From an uncultured Candidatus Obscuribacterales bacterium (GTDB taxonomy: Bacteria > Cyanobacteriota > Vampirovibrionia > Obscuribacterales > Obscuribacteraceae): a DNA stretch of 64,000 bases. A program made the translations under genes and the position numbers. The stretch covers positions 40,754 through 104,753 of the forward strand of contig CAZFKB010000001.1 in the NCBI GenBank assembly GCA_964519785.1. Reading direction: 5' to 3'. Under the pieces are notes generated by a model. That model searched no databases. It had not been told where the DNA came from and saw only the letters and a program-made list of their open reading frames with translations. Position 1 is the first letter of the stretch. Every line of letters begins with the position of its first letter. This document shows positions 54,974-64,000 of the stretch, piece by piece.

Positions 54974-56841
54974 CAGTCTCTCTTAAGGCTGCGCGATAAG
55001 ACAATAGGGAATGTGCCCTGGAGTGCTTCGTTTTTAGCTGAGCGTGCCGCTCCAATTAAGGCTGGGATATCTTCACCATCAGCTGGCAGACCTGCAACCC
55101 CAATGGCAATTTGTAAATTACGTTTGTTTATGTCATTTGCAAGTGGCGTGTTGCTTACAGAGTCTAAAATTCGATTGGCTATAAATGCAGCTTGCGATGG
55201 TCTAGTGTTTGGCAAGATCAGTGCAAATTCCATGTTCTCGAAATGTCCAAGAGTATCGAGAGGGCGTTTGACCAGATCTATGCGCATCGCTGCTTGTGCA
55301 ATTATTTCGGGCGGTAAAGCTTCCACCTGCATGCTGCCTTCGCCTTTGCGTTTGGACATTTCCATTATTATTAGAGAAAGCGGCAGGTTGTAAGCTTCGA
55401 ATCGATAAAATTCATATTCCAGGAAGTACAGAATGCCTTCAAGCGTGAATATCCCCGTATCCGGGCGAATAAAGTTGTATTTTAGTGCTTGAATGACTTG
55501 TTTGCCTTCGCCCAGAAAATCTAGTGCACCGCCTCTTGTTCCAGACGGTGCCTTGATTTCCATGATTCCGCAGTACAAGAAATTGAACAAAAGCGGCGCC
55601 CATTGAGCCGACTCCATTGGCTGATCGCGCAGTAAATCTGTGAATGTACGTTTGCGCTTGAGCAACTCGTAAATGCTTTTCTGCCATTCAAAATCTAAAG
55701 GCTGACCTTTGGAAAGCATCAGCTTAAGTTCAGTCTCGCTCAAATTCTTTTGTTTGAGGATTAGATATGATTCGTATACAAGTCCAGCTTCTTCAAGGGC
55801 TTTCATTTGATTTAGAAGCGCTGTACCTTCCGTGATTGAGGCTTGCAAGCTTTTATCGCACGAGTTCATGTCAGTAAGCTTGTTTGGTTTAAACGAATAA
55901 GTGCCGTTCCTCCACGTCACCAGCTCTTTCACTGCTGCGTCACCGCGGGCGGTACCAGCCTGTGCATGCTTGGGAACGCCTTCTACAAAGAAAACTTGAC
56001 CAATTGCATTATCGCCAAGGATTTCGAGCATACCTGTAAGTCTGCTCATACCGTAAGTGCTCAAAATATCCGCGACTTTGGCTTTGTCTAAACTACCTTC
56101 AAGCGCAGTGTTTTGCGAAGGACCTGAGCTAGAGCCAGGTAATGCAGAGCTATTTGAGAAGAAATCTGGTGGAAGGCTACCTTCTGGCAAATTGCTAGTA
56201 GTGGCCTGTTGTCTGTTTGAGGATAAAGGGGTCCCAGTATAACTCTGATTTCCCATGGCGGGCAGCGAAACCGAAGATGCTCTTGGAGATGGGCCTGGCA
56301 TAGGCGGCAAAGTCGCCCCGCCCATTACAGACTGGTTGGGTTGAGCATAACCCTGAGGACCTGTCGAGCCTGGAAACACCCCTGAGTTAGTTGGAAACCC
56401 GCCAGTGGGACTGTTTCCGGGGCGACCTTGTTGCACACCAGACGAAGCTGAGTTGTAAGAACCGCTTGCTGTACCGGCAGCTGGGTTGGTCATGGCTTGA
56501 AAAGTGCCCGTTGAGCGTGGCTGGTGATGGCTTTGAGTCTCGAGCATCATGACTACGTCGAGAATCAAATTGAGGTCAGCTGTCTCAAAACGGCTTACCA
56601 GTTTTGATTGTCTGCCGTCATCCTCCCAAACTTGCCATTGCGGCGTGGATGTAACTTTATCGAATTTTACAAAAATGCTGTAAGACTTGAGTGAGCCTGG
56701 AATTGCCCAGTTTAGCTCTATTTCTTGACCACGGTTGACTTGAGCTTGCTCGAAAACGCCGCGAAGTACGTTGTAATCGGGAAAAGTGTTCTGTTTGGGA
56801 AGTCTTATTTTCCCTGGCTGTTGTTGGCCTCGCCCAAACAT
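54973..56841 (-). CDS. PATAN (DUF4388) domain protein with degenerate GGDEF domain
   Basis: Unassigned N-terminal domain, P/S/G-rich linker, DUF4388-like core (LTGMLEILGDNAIGQVFFVEGVPKHA...GDAAVKELVTWRNGTYSF). The C-terminal GGDEF fold has ENMEF (55225-55239) preceded by RPLD (55255-55266). Confidence 0.7.
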   Translation of the reverse strand: MFGRGQQQPGKIRLPKQNTFPDYNVLRGVFEQAQVNRGQEIELNWAIPGSLKSYSIFVKFDKVTSTPQWQVWEDDGRQSKLVSRFETADLNLILDVVMMLETQSHHQPRSTGTFQAMTNPAAGTASGSYNSASSGVQQGRPGNSPTGGFPTNSGVFPGSTGPQGYAQPNQSVMGGATLPPMPGPSPRASSVSLPAMGNQSYTGTPLSSNRQQATTSNLPEGSLPPDFFSNSSALPGSSSGPSQNTALEGSLDKAKVADILSTYGMSRLTGMLEILGDNAIGQVFFVEGVPKHAQAGTARGDAAVKELVTWRNGTYSFKPNKLTDMNSCDKSLQASITEGTALLNQMKALEEAGLVYESYLILKQKNLSETELKLMLSKGQPLDFEWQKSIYELLKRKRTFTDLLRDQPMESAQWAPLLFNFLYCGIMEIKAPSGTRGGALDFLGEGKQVIQALKYNFIRPDTGIFTLEGILYFLEYEFYRFEAYNLPLSLIIMEMSKRKGEGSMQVEALPPEIIAQAAMRIDLVKRPLDTLGHFENMEFALILPNTRPSQAAFIANRILDSVSNTPLANDINKRNLQIAIGVAGLPADGEDIPALIGAARSAKNEALQGTFPIVLSRSLKRD

Positions 56842-56956
56842 TTAAATTCCCTTGACATGCCGCCCTATAAAATATGCACTAATCTTACTAAATAACATCA
56901 AAAGCTTCATCTTTATAGGTTATCGGTTACGAAACGAAAACCTGTATAGTTTGTGC

Positions 56957-58777
56957 ATGAGTTTTTCAGGTACCAAAACATCGCAGACACAAAACACGTT
57001 CGCGACAATAGGCTATCAGTTTGTGATAGCTGTTTTGTTTGGAGCACTCATACTTTTGGCGCCTCAAACTATCAGTCAGTTACAAGTTGCTGGTCTGGAT
57101 GCGCAGATGTTGGCCTGTGTTCCGGCCAGTTTTAATCAATATCTAGTCTGGCTTGTCACGGCATTCTTGCTTTGTGTCGGATTTACGTATACCGATTCAA
57201 AGCTATCGCGAAATGTCAAAAACCCCACAGCTTTTTATTGCGCTTTCAGTTTCTTTCTCTTCTATCTGGTGCTCACGCGAGCTCTTCATTTCCCAATGTG
57301 TGTCGATGATGCCTATATCGATTTTCGTTACGTCATTAACTGGGTCAATAATATTGGATTCGATTACAACCCTACCGAGCGCGTCATGGGTTTTACTTCG
57401 CACTTGCATATAGCCTTGCTTACTGTTCTTTTGTCGATTTTTAAAAGTGTTGACCTGGGCATTATTTCGCAAAATCTAAATACTGGATTGAGCATACTTT
57501 GCTATTTTCTTTCTTTCTATTTTGTTCGTGGCATCGCAGGTAATGGCGTCATTGCTCTCATGTCTTCGGCTGTATTCGCGCTTTTGCCTTATGCGTATCA
57601 GGAGTCAATGTCTGGCAAAGAAGCCGTTCTACTCATGGCTTTGATGCTTGCATGTCTTTTGTCTTTGCAAAAAAACAAACCGCATCAAGCTGCTTTCTAT
57701 TCGTCCATGATACTTTTGACTCGTCCAGAAGGTGCAGTCTGGTGTTTGCTTTCTTTTTTGTGGATGCTTAGAGATTATGGTAAAACAGCTATCAAAGTCT
57801 GGATAGCTCCTGGAGCCATTTTAGCCCTTATAGGAATTACGCTTTATTTGGCTTACGGTACAGTCGTGCCGCATAGTTTGCTTGGAAAATCATTGATGTT
57901 CTACAAGCCATTTCCTCTAATGGATCTTGTCCTTGTTCTCAGGCGTTTGGCTGATGGAACTTTGATTCCAGAATTGAATTATTTCATCGCAAGACCGCTT
58001 AGTGATATCTATGATTTTGCTCGTTTGTATGCGGGAGTGATAGTTTTACTTCTTGTCTATAAACTTCTAGATACAGGCGCGCAGAGGTTCTACGCGTTAA
58101 CTGTCATAGCGTATTTCTTAGTGTTTTCAATACTCAATCCATATTTGTTCCCGTGGTATTTTGGATGGTTCGGTCTAGTGCCTGTTTTTCTGGTACCAAC
58201 TATGGTATCTAAACTTTATAGTGCGATAAAACAAAAATATGTACCTGGTCGCAACGCTTCTTCAATCAAGGTTATGGCAATCGTTGCTCTTGTATATTTG
58301 CTAGCAGTTCAAGTAGTGGAACAACCGTTTCGAGCCGTTCCAGGGCTTCCAGCTATAACATTCTGGTGGAATGGAGCATTTCAAAGGCTGCTCATCTACA
58401 AAAAAGCTGCGCTGGCAATTAAAGAAGATGATCCTTCAACCATTTCTGATATCGCCTCTCCCGAGGTCGGAGTAATTGGTCATTATTATCCCGGCCCTAT
58501 TCTGGACCTAGGTGGACTGGTTTGCGATAACGTACTAAAGTACGGACCCCCTCCAAAAGAAATTCAAGTGGGCACTGGATTGTTTTCAATTATTCCAAAA
58601 ATAATCGAAGACATGAAGCCTCGCTACATTATTACCGACGCCTCTTTTGCCACTTCCGGGCTTCTAAAAGAACCGTGGTTCTTTGAAAGATACAAACAGT
58701 TTAAATTTTATCCGCTTCAATTGTGGAGTGATGGCTTCTATGTCTACAAGCTTAAAGAGCCGGGCACCACAAAATGA
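56957..58777 (+). CDS. Large polytopic membrane protein, GT-C-fold-like glycosyltransferase candidate
   Basis: At least 12 hydrophobic helices. Acidic first-loop motif VDDAYIDFRY. C-terminal soluble domain. I prefer the ATG at 56957 to the TTG at 56852. Confidence 0.5.
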   Translation: MSFSGTKTSQTQNTFATIGYQFVIAVLFGALILLAPQTISQLQVAGLDAQMLACVPASFNQYLVWLVTAFLLCVGFTYTDSKLSRNVKNPTAFYCAFSFFLFYLVLTRALHFPMCVDDAYIDFRYVINWVNNIGFDYNPTERVMGFTSHLHIALLTVLLSIFKSVDLGIISQNLNTGLSILCYFLSFYFVRGIAGNGVIALMSSAVFALLPYAYQESMSGKEAVLLMALMLACLLSLQKNKPHQAAFYSSMILLTRPEGAVWCLLSFLWMLRDYGKTAIKVWIAPGAILALIGITLYLAYGTVVPHSLLGKSLMFYKPFPLMDLVLVLRRLADGTLIPELNYFIARPLSDIYDFARLYAGVIVLLLVYKLLDTGAQRFYALTVIAYFLVFSILNPYLFPWYFGWFGLVPVFLVPTMVSKLYSAIKQKYVPGRNASSIKVMAIVALVYLLAVQVVEQPFRAVPGLPAITFWWNGAFQRLLIYKKAALAIKEDDPSTISDIASPEVGVIGHYYPGPILDLGGLVCDNVLKYGPPPKEIQVGTGLFSIIPKIIEDMKPRYIITDASFATSGLLKEPWFFERYKQFKFYPLQLWSDGFYVYKLKEPGTTK

Positions 58778-60444
58778 AACTAAAGCATACTCTTGCCGTA
58801 GTTTTAATCATATTGCTTGAACTGACCGCGTTCTTGCCTGGTCTTCGGGATGTGGGCTTCTATTTTGACGACTGGAAAATAATGCGGTTATTGCATTTTT
58901 CAGGCAAAGACTACATCAGTCTTTTGAATGCATATTTGTTTGAGCCATGCGCACTTCCTAGACCTGTGGAACAATTTCACTTTTCTACAATTTTCTATTT
59001 GTTTGGAGTCAAAGCGCTTCCGTATCATTTAGTAAATGGCTTTTTTGAAATTGGCGCTGGCATTTTCTTCTATTTATGTCTTTTTCAATTCAGTCGCTCA
59101 TGGCTCTTCTCTATGTGCGCAGCCGCGCTTTTCGTCCTCTATCCAACCCACGACGCCACCCATTACTGGGTGCTTGCAAGTTCAGCAACCCTGAGCATTT
59201 TTATCTATTTTGCCAGTCTTTATTGTTGGAATAATTTTGTTCTGACCAATCGCAAAAGCTGGATGCTTGCATCAATGTTTTTGTTTGCATATTCAATTTA
59301 CAACTACGAATGTTGTGTACCCTTCATTCCGCTTTTTCTTGCTGGTTCAGTCTGGCGGCGCGAGGGAAGCTGGGGTAGTAAAGCAAATTGGAAGAAAGGT
59401 CTTTTAGAAATGATTCCATTTGTTTTGATTGTCCTATCGCTGTTTTTATACCAAAAATATTTCATTCATTTCTTTGGACGCAGCCTTACTCCAGTTACTA
59501 AGTTTTCTCCAGAGCATCTTTGCGAAGTGCTTGTAGGAGGATTCAATGTCAGTCTTGGACCGTCAGGTATTGGCTTCCTTTTTGATCGAGTGCGCGATAG
59601 CATGCAGTGTTTTTCTATGCTCTGGGCAAAAATCTTGCTTGGTTTAACTCTCGTTTTTACCGCGGCTCTTGGGTTTTTTGCCTTCAAACAGACGCCATCG
59701 GAAGATCGGGCTTTTGAAAAATCCGACTATCAATTTCTTTTTGTTCTTGGTCTTGGCACTATGCTTGCGGCATATTCTATTTATGGATTTGCGGCCAATC
59801 ACAGTCCATATTTGTTTAGCATGTACAACCGCATTAACTATGGAAGCTCGGCTGGCGCAGCCATTCTCATTGCTTTACTTTTTTACTATCTGGGACAAAG
59901 TATATTTAAGTTTGAGGCGAAAAAACGGGTGCTGTGCACATTTGTTTTAAATTCAACATTGTGTCTAGTTCTTGTATTAGCCAACTGGGGTATTTCAAAC
60001 GTTTGGAAATTATCCTGGTTGGTGCAAAAACGCGCCTGGGACGTGCTATTAGCAAACAAAGATAAGCTTGGTTCAAACCCAACTGTGATTGTAGGAAACA
60101 TACCAACATATGCAATGTGGGCGCCGGTTTTCGATGGTGTCTGGGATTTTCAAAATATGATGCAAATAGTGCTCAATAACAAAGACGCAAAAGGGGGCAC
60201 GCTATCTGAACGCCTGGTCGTAACTCCTCAGAGCATGAAAGATATCACACTGGATTATGTGGTGGCAGAATACAAGTTCGACAATTTGTATTTATTCATG
60301 CCACCACACGGAATTTTCATTAAAGCGAATAATGCAAAAGAGTTTGTAACTGCAGTAGATCAAAACTGTAAGACTTTCCGTCCTACCAAAAAAACGGTTG
60401 ATAAATGGAAAAAGGCAGTAGAGGAGCCGCTAAATAATGAGTAG
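58774..60444 (+). CDS. Large polytopic membrane protein, GT-C-fold-like candidate
   Basis: ATGA overlap with the upstream gene. At least 11 helices. First-loop FYFDDWK. C-terminal soluble domain. Confidence 0.5.
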   Translation: MKLKHTLAVVLIILLELTAFLPGLRDVGFYFDDWKIMRLLHFSGKDYISLLNAYLFEPCALPRPVEQFHFSTIFYLFGVKALPYHLVNGFFEIGAGIFFYLCLFQFSRSWLFSMCAAALFVLYPTHDATHYWVLASSATLSIFIYFASLYCWNNFVLTNRKSWMLASMFLFAYSIYNYECCVPFIPLFLAGSVWRREGSWGSKANWKKGLLEMIPFVLIVLSLFLYQKYFIHFFGRSLTPVTKFSPEHLCEVLVGGFNVSLGPSGIGFLFDRVRDSMQCFSMLWAKILLGLTLVFTAALGFFAFKQTPSEDRAFEKSDYQFLFVLGLGTMLAAYSIYGFAANHSPYLFSMYNRINYGSSAGAAILIALLFYYLGQSIFKFEAKKRVLCTFVLNSTLCLVLVLANWGISNVWKLSWLVQKRAWDVLLANKDKLGSNPTVIVGNIPTYAMWAPVFDGVWDFQNMMQIVLNNKDAKGGTLSERLVVTPQSMKDITLDYVVAEYKFDNLYLFMPPHGIFIKANNAKEFVTAVDQNCKTFRPTKKTVDKWKKAVEEPLNNE

Positions 60445-61534
60445 ACATTGGATAAAAACTAGTCTAAGTCTGGCAATTTGCTTTGCTTTCATACCGCAAG
60501 CTCGTTCTGCTTCTCCGCAAAACGCCGAGCATTTGCCTTCTGTAACCTTGAACAGAATTACGATGACATCATTTACCGATGCAAAGTCAGGAATTAGTTT
60601 TTCATATCCGTCTGACTGGAAAGAGTCTAAGGCGCTCGATGCAGACGACATCGCAAAAATAGAAGGTCAATTAGAAGGTGGCAACCAGAATGGCGAAATA
60701 AAACTAGCTGTATTCAAATCCAACGAAGGAAAAATAACTCCTCAGTTTGCAAAAAGTGCAGTGCATCAGTTTATTTTTCCAAAGTTGAATGAGTTCAAGT
60801 CATTGCAAGAAAAGCGAGTCGCAATAGGCGCTTCCAGAAGGATAGCAGCCGAGCTTGAAGATGTAGAATTTGTTATTGCTGGTATTAAAGTGCGGCAAAG
60901 ATATGTTTATTTTAGTACCGTATCTGGTACTTATCATTTTCTGTTCACATCACCCGCTGCTCATTTCGATGCGCTGGTTCCGCTTTATAACAATGTCTTA
61001 TTGAGCGTGCAGGTGAGCAATCCAGGTGCTTCCAAGCAACGAATAAATAGCCCAAGTCAGAACAAAGCAGTTGTGGTCGAAAAACGCTTCGATAATACTC
61101 AGCTCCCGTTCAGTTTTGCATACCCAGGCTCCTGGAAAATAGATCCCACGGGCAATCACAACGAAATGGCTAAAGTTGAGGGGCAAGGTCCAAAGGGCGA
61201 ACCTGCCTATATTGTCGTTCATCAAGGTGATGTTCATCCAGACTGGACTCTGGACCAGATTAGCGAAGCTATGGAAAAAGAGTTTTTTGAACCTCAGCCA
61301 AGATATCGTCGCTTAAGCAAGCAAACTCAAAATTTTGGCAGTATGTCCAAGATAAATGGAGTCGTAGAGGAACATACATTCGATTTAAATGGTGTTCCCG
61401 TAAAACAAATGGTGGTAATTTTCACGCATAATGGAAAAGCTTATGCTGTCTCGCAAGTCACAGTCGGCTGGAAAGAGGGTGACACCAGACAATTATTTGC
61501 GAAAACACTTGCGGGAATCAAAATAAAAGACTGA
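60437..61534 (+). CDS. Secreted protein with two PsbP/DcrB-like repeats
   Basis: Signal peptide. An internal duplication begins at ISFSYPSDWKES and at PFSFAYPGSWKID, as in the PsbP/Mog1/DUF1795 fold. It overlaps the upstream gene by 8 nt. Confidence 0.55.
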   Translation: MSRHWIKTSLSLAICFAFIPQARSASPQNAEHLPSVTLNRITMTSFTDAKSGISFSYPSDWKESKALDADDIAKIEGQLEGGNQNGEIKLAVFKSNEGKITPQFAKSAVHQFIFPKLNEFKSLQEKRVAIGASRRIAAELEDVEFVIAGIKVRQRYVYFSTVSGTYHFLFTSPAAHFDALVPLYNNVLLSVQVSNPGASKQRINSPSQNKAVVVEKRFDNTQLPFSFAYPGSWKIDPTGNHNEMAKVEGQGPKGEPAYIVVHQGDVHPDWTLDQISEAMEKEFFEPQPRYRRLSKQTQNFGSMSKINGVVEEHTFDLNGVPVKQMVVIFTHNGKAYAVSQVTVGWKEGDTRQLFAKTLAGIKIKD

Positions 61535-61561
61535 CTTTTACTCATGTAGGTAAGTGATCCT

Positions 61562-61596
61562 GTTTAACGGGTCACGTGTCACGGGATCCGTTAAAT
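61562..61596 (+). repeat. Heptamer-periodic intergenic repeat, copy 3 (5 units, minimal form)
   Basis: GTTTAAC GGGTCAC GTGTCAC GGGATCC GTTAAAT. TTTAACGG and CCGTTAAA can form an 8-bp stem. Confidence 0.9.
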
Positions 61597-61740
61597 TGCA
61601 AATAGATAACCTTGCATCTAAAGACACATGGACTTCACCTGGGCTGAATCCACCACAGATCAGCAGTTGCAAATTTGGCGCTGCTTAATTGAATAAGCGC
61701 TAAATTTCCTCATGAGACTGAAAATTATGGGGGAGTTCAA

Positions 61741-62142
61741 ATGAAATCGTTTTTCTCATTTTTAATTGCGATGGCAATTACCACTTTAGGCTTATTTCAG
61801 CCTGCAATGAGTCAGACCACACCTGAAATTGCAAAAGGAAACACCAAACACTGCGCTGAAGTTTGTCAAAAAACGCTCGATTATTGCGTGAAAAAGGGCG
61901 GCAAACATGCTGAGGCAAGCGTGACCAATTCGCTAAAAGACTGCATAGCTGCCTGCAAATCATCGTTTGATTTTTTGAATCGCGGTTCTGCAGGAATGCA
62001 AGCAAAGTCATGTGCGCTGGCTGTGCAAGCGTGCAACGAATGCGCTAAAACAATGGACGCCTTTTCGGGCGATAACACAATGTTGGCTTGTGCAAATGAA
62101 TGCAGAAAGACTGCCAGTAACTGCGAAAAGCTAGCAAAATAG
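61741..62142 (+). CDS. Cys-rich four-helix-bundle protein (DUF326/Csp-like copper-binding) with Sec-type signal peptide
   Basis: The roughly 107-residue mature part has 11 Cys, arranged as CxxxC, CxxC and CxxxxxxC along predicted helices (CAEVCQKTLDYC, CIAAC, CALAVQACNEC, CANECRKTASNC). GGGGGAG lies upstream. Confidence 0.65.
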   Translation: MKSFFSFLIAMAITTLGLFQPAMSQTTPEIAKGNTKHCAEVCQKTLDYCVKKGGKHAEASVTNSLKDCIAACKSSFDFLNRGSAGMQAKSCALAVQACNECAKTMDAFSGDNTMLACANECRKTASNCEKLAK

Positions 62143-62158
62143 ACTTTCTGGAAGATAA

Positions 62159-63226
62159 CTAAATTCCCAGTTTTGCCCTCAGCCATTTTTTGGTTCGAGG
62201 GAAAAACCGGTTCAGCTCAGAATCGCTTTCGCCAGGACCACCAAACATTCCCGCTGAAAGTTCGGAACATGTTTCGCGAATTCCCCATTCACCCTCTTTG
62301 GTGAATGTAGCCATCTTATCTTCATAAGTTTCTGGCACGCCGTCTGCTTCGGCTCGGTAAATTGCCATCAGTTTCGGGTCTTTGCATATTTTATATTTAT
62401 CGTCTAATACCTGAAAGCATTCATTCAGCACAGTATGTTTCATTTCGCTGGCACTACGTGCGGCTTTGAGCGCGTTTGACCCGCGAGCTTTAGGTCGCTC
62501 ATAAATGTAGCAATCGGTTCCATAAAGTCTGCCTGGAAGCTCAGCGAGATTCAAGGTGTCAGATTCTTCGTTTAAATCTTCAAGCGACTCGGGCCATTTG
62601 TCGATCATATTTGGAGCGATATTGAATTTTGCATCAGCTTCGATTAGCTGTTTTCTAATATGAACCGGTAATGCGTTCAAGCCTTCGCGCACCGCTTTGA
62701 GAGAGGCAGCGTTTACTGCGGGATGTCCCATTTTTGGTGGCACGATAATTATTCGATCGAGTAAGGTCACTTCGTCTTTTGAAGCAGACTTAGTTGTTTC
62801 TGGCTTAGCTTCGGGCTTGGCTGCGGCGGCTGGGACACTACCACCTGCCATTTTGGCTTTGACAGACTCGAGTCCTTGAGCTGCGATATCAGCTTCGGGA
62901 GACTTTTTGAACATGGTAGTTACCATTTCATATGTTTGTTTCGCTTGTGCGTATTGACCAAGAGCCAAAAAGGTATGTGCCGCGTAAAGCCAGGCGCCTG
63001 GCTGCTTATTGCCTTGTTGGATGCATTTGCGAAAATGCAGTTCGGCACCTTTATAATCTTTTTTTCCGTAGGCTTCCACGCCGGCACGATATTCTTCCAT
63101 TCCTTTAGGCTTGGACGCAGCTTCTTCTTCTCCTGTTTTAGCAGGCGAGGATAAGAAAGAGCTGAGAGAAAGTGCTAGCGATAGAGTCAGAAGAAATTTT
63201 GAATTCAAATTATTTTTGTTTGTCAT
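62159..63226 (-). CDS. Secreted TPR protein with degenerate ATLF-like domain
   Basis: Signal peptide plus TPR pair paralogous to the 29029 gene product. The central domain aligns with the PDZ-protease catalytic domain, with NECFQ (62411-62425) at the HEMGH position. Confidence 0.7.
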   Translation of the reverse strand: MTNKNNLNSKFLLTLSLALSLSSFLSSPAKTGEEEAASKPKGMEEYRAGVEAYGKKDYKGAELHFRKCIQQGNKQPGAWLYAAHTFLALGQYAQAKQTYEMVTTMFKKSPEADIAAQGLESVKAKMAGGSVPAAAAKPEAKPETTKSASKDEVTLLDRIIIVPPKMGHPAVNAASLKAVREGLNALPVHIRKQLIEADAKFNIAPNMIDKWPESLEDLNEESDTLNLAELPGRLYGTDCYIYERPKARGSNALKAARSASEMKHTVLNECFQVLDDKYKICKDPKLMAIYRAEADGVPETYEDKMATFTKEGEWGIRETCSELSAGMFGGPGESDSELNRFFPRTKKWLRAKLGI

Positions 63227-63262
63227 CTCAATGCCTTTTGGTGCTACCGTATGTGGTGTTTT

Positions 63263-63979
63263 TTACCACTGACCAGATTCGTAATTTATTCCCGTGCTGT
63301 CGGGTCTGGCATCGCCCATAAAGCCGAACTTGGTATTACTGACACTGTACCCACCAGAAGCGGTTTGAGCTACTGTTGTAACTGTGTTGTCTGGTCGATA
63401 GATTTTGATATTTCCGGTGTTGTCTTTAACCATACGTCCTCGGGCGCCATTAGGGTATTTGACCAGGTAATCGCCTTTGTCGCGTCTGGGAATAAGCACT
63501 GTTCCGTTAGCGAATCCGTCTTCAATAGCGTAGCTTCCGTCTGGGAAGCGGCGCAAGTAGGCGTTTGTACCGTCTACCATGGTCATTTTTAGGATAATTG
63601 CTGGGCGCTTTGTCGGAACGCCCTTTTGCTCGTAAGGGTCAATATCCTGTACTGAAAAGACTAAAACCATGTCTTTGGCAAAGTCTTCAGCGCTTGTGCC
63701 CAGTTCTTTGGCTGTGCCTTTGGCTACTGCTTTAATGAAATTGCGAACCGGACCTTTGTGCTTTTTCTTGTCGGTCTCGCCGTCCTCTGGAGTCAACCAC
63801 GGGCTATTTTTGGATTTAACCCACTCTTCGGCTTGCCAGACCTTTCCTTCGACTGAATCGGCAGAGCTTGGTCCTGGCGGGGCATCTTCGGCGGCGAACG
63901 CGTTAAGACCTGACAAGTCGGCATTTAAGGAAATGAGCAGGGCGGAAGCAAGTAAAAGGCGGCGCATAATCGTCTCCAT
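63263..63979 (-). CDS. Secreted hypothetical protein
   Basis: Signal peptide (LLLASALLISLNA). The Gly/Tyr-rich C-terminal half is beta-repeat-like. I recognise no family. Confidence 0.55.
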   Translation of the reverse strand: METIMRRLLLASALLISLNADLSGLNAFAAEDAPPGPSSADSVEGKVWQAEEWVKSKNSPWLTPEDGETDKKKHKGPVRNFIKAVAKGTAKELGTSAEDFAKDMVLVFSVQDIDPYEQKGVPTKRPAIILKMTMVDGTNAYLRRFPDGSYAIEDGFANGTVLIPRRDKGDYLVKYPNGARGRMVKDNTGNIKIYRPDNTVTTVAQTASGGYSVSNTKFGFMGDARPDSTGINYESGQW

Positions 63980-64000
63980 GGTTGAGTATGCAAAAGTTAC

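Noticed and set aside
54746-55393. 215-aa plus-strand ORF spanning the MshEN / PATAN gene junction
   Set aside because: It is antisense to two genes that have clear repeat and domain structure.
56852-56956. TTG start extending the first GT-C-like gene by 35 codons
   Set aside because: It would begin 10 nt from the divergent gene start and would add a non-hydrophobic, poorly coding-looking leader. The ATG at 56957 is preferred, though this is unverified.
1-64000. Mobile elements, prophage, tRNA or rRNA genes, and recognisable defence systems (restriction-modification, CBASS, toxin-antitoxin and similar)
   Set aside because: I scanned all intergenic regions longer than 100 nt and all ORFs. 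I recognised no transposase, integrase or recombinase motifs, no tRNA-like sequences, and no nuclease/NTPase defence signatures.

Overview
This is a compact bacterial chromosomal segment. GC is roughly mid-40s % by eye, coding density is about 90%, and many gene pairs overlap by 1 or 4 nt. The two HME-type RND efflux systems and a TolC-like outer-membrane factor indicate a diderm organism. I found no rRNA, tRNA, CRISPR array, transposase, integrase or phage genes.

Content, left to right:
- A 5'-truncated TPR-caspase gene and two tandem small secreted paralogues.
- A metzincin.
- A phosphorelay: a REC-only protein, a CHASE3-GAF-PAS histidine kinase, and a REC-Hpt-REC-GGDEF* regulator.
- RND system 1, CzcA-type, with an adaptor, an extra overlapping secreted gene and a convergent outer-membrane factor.
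- A sigma-70 family factor.
- A four-gene operon ending in two PDZ-metalloprotease paralogues.
- RND system 2, CusA-type, with a His-rich adaptor and a coupled methyltransferase.
- An MgtC-CPBP-lipoprotein operon.
- Housekeeping and stress genes: aldo/keto reductase, DJ-1/PfpI, GNAT, Usp, RluA-family pseudouridine synthase, a phosphofructokinase with PPi-type determinants, and a bestrophin-like channel.
- A second histidine kinase.
- An operon containing a signal-peptidase-I homologue that lacks both catalytic residues.
- A dTDP-rhamnose/glycan cluster: phosphoglycosyl transferase, rmlA, a hydrolase, rmlB, rmlD, rmlC and a divergent GT2.
- A SpeD-SpeE fusion.
- A pair of predicted c-di-GMP effector genes (4x MshEN-like; PATAN + degenerate GGDEF) placed divergently from two large GT-C-like membrane proteins.
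- A Cys-rich Csp-like protein.

Most notable observations:
1. A heptamer-periodic intergenic repeat family present in three copies.
2. An ATLF/M34-like protease family with two intact and two degenerate members.
3. Three predicted c-di-GMP-binding modules and no intact cyclase in the window.
4. The signal peptidase homologue with substituted catalytic residues.

All domain calls come from reading motifs by eye. No database search was run.
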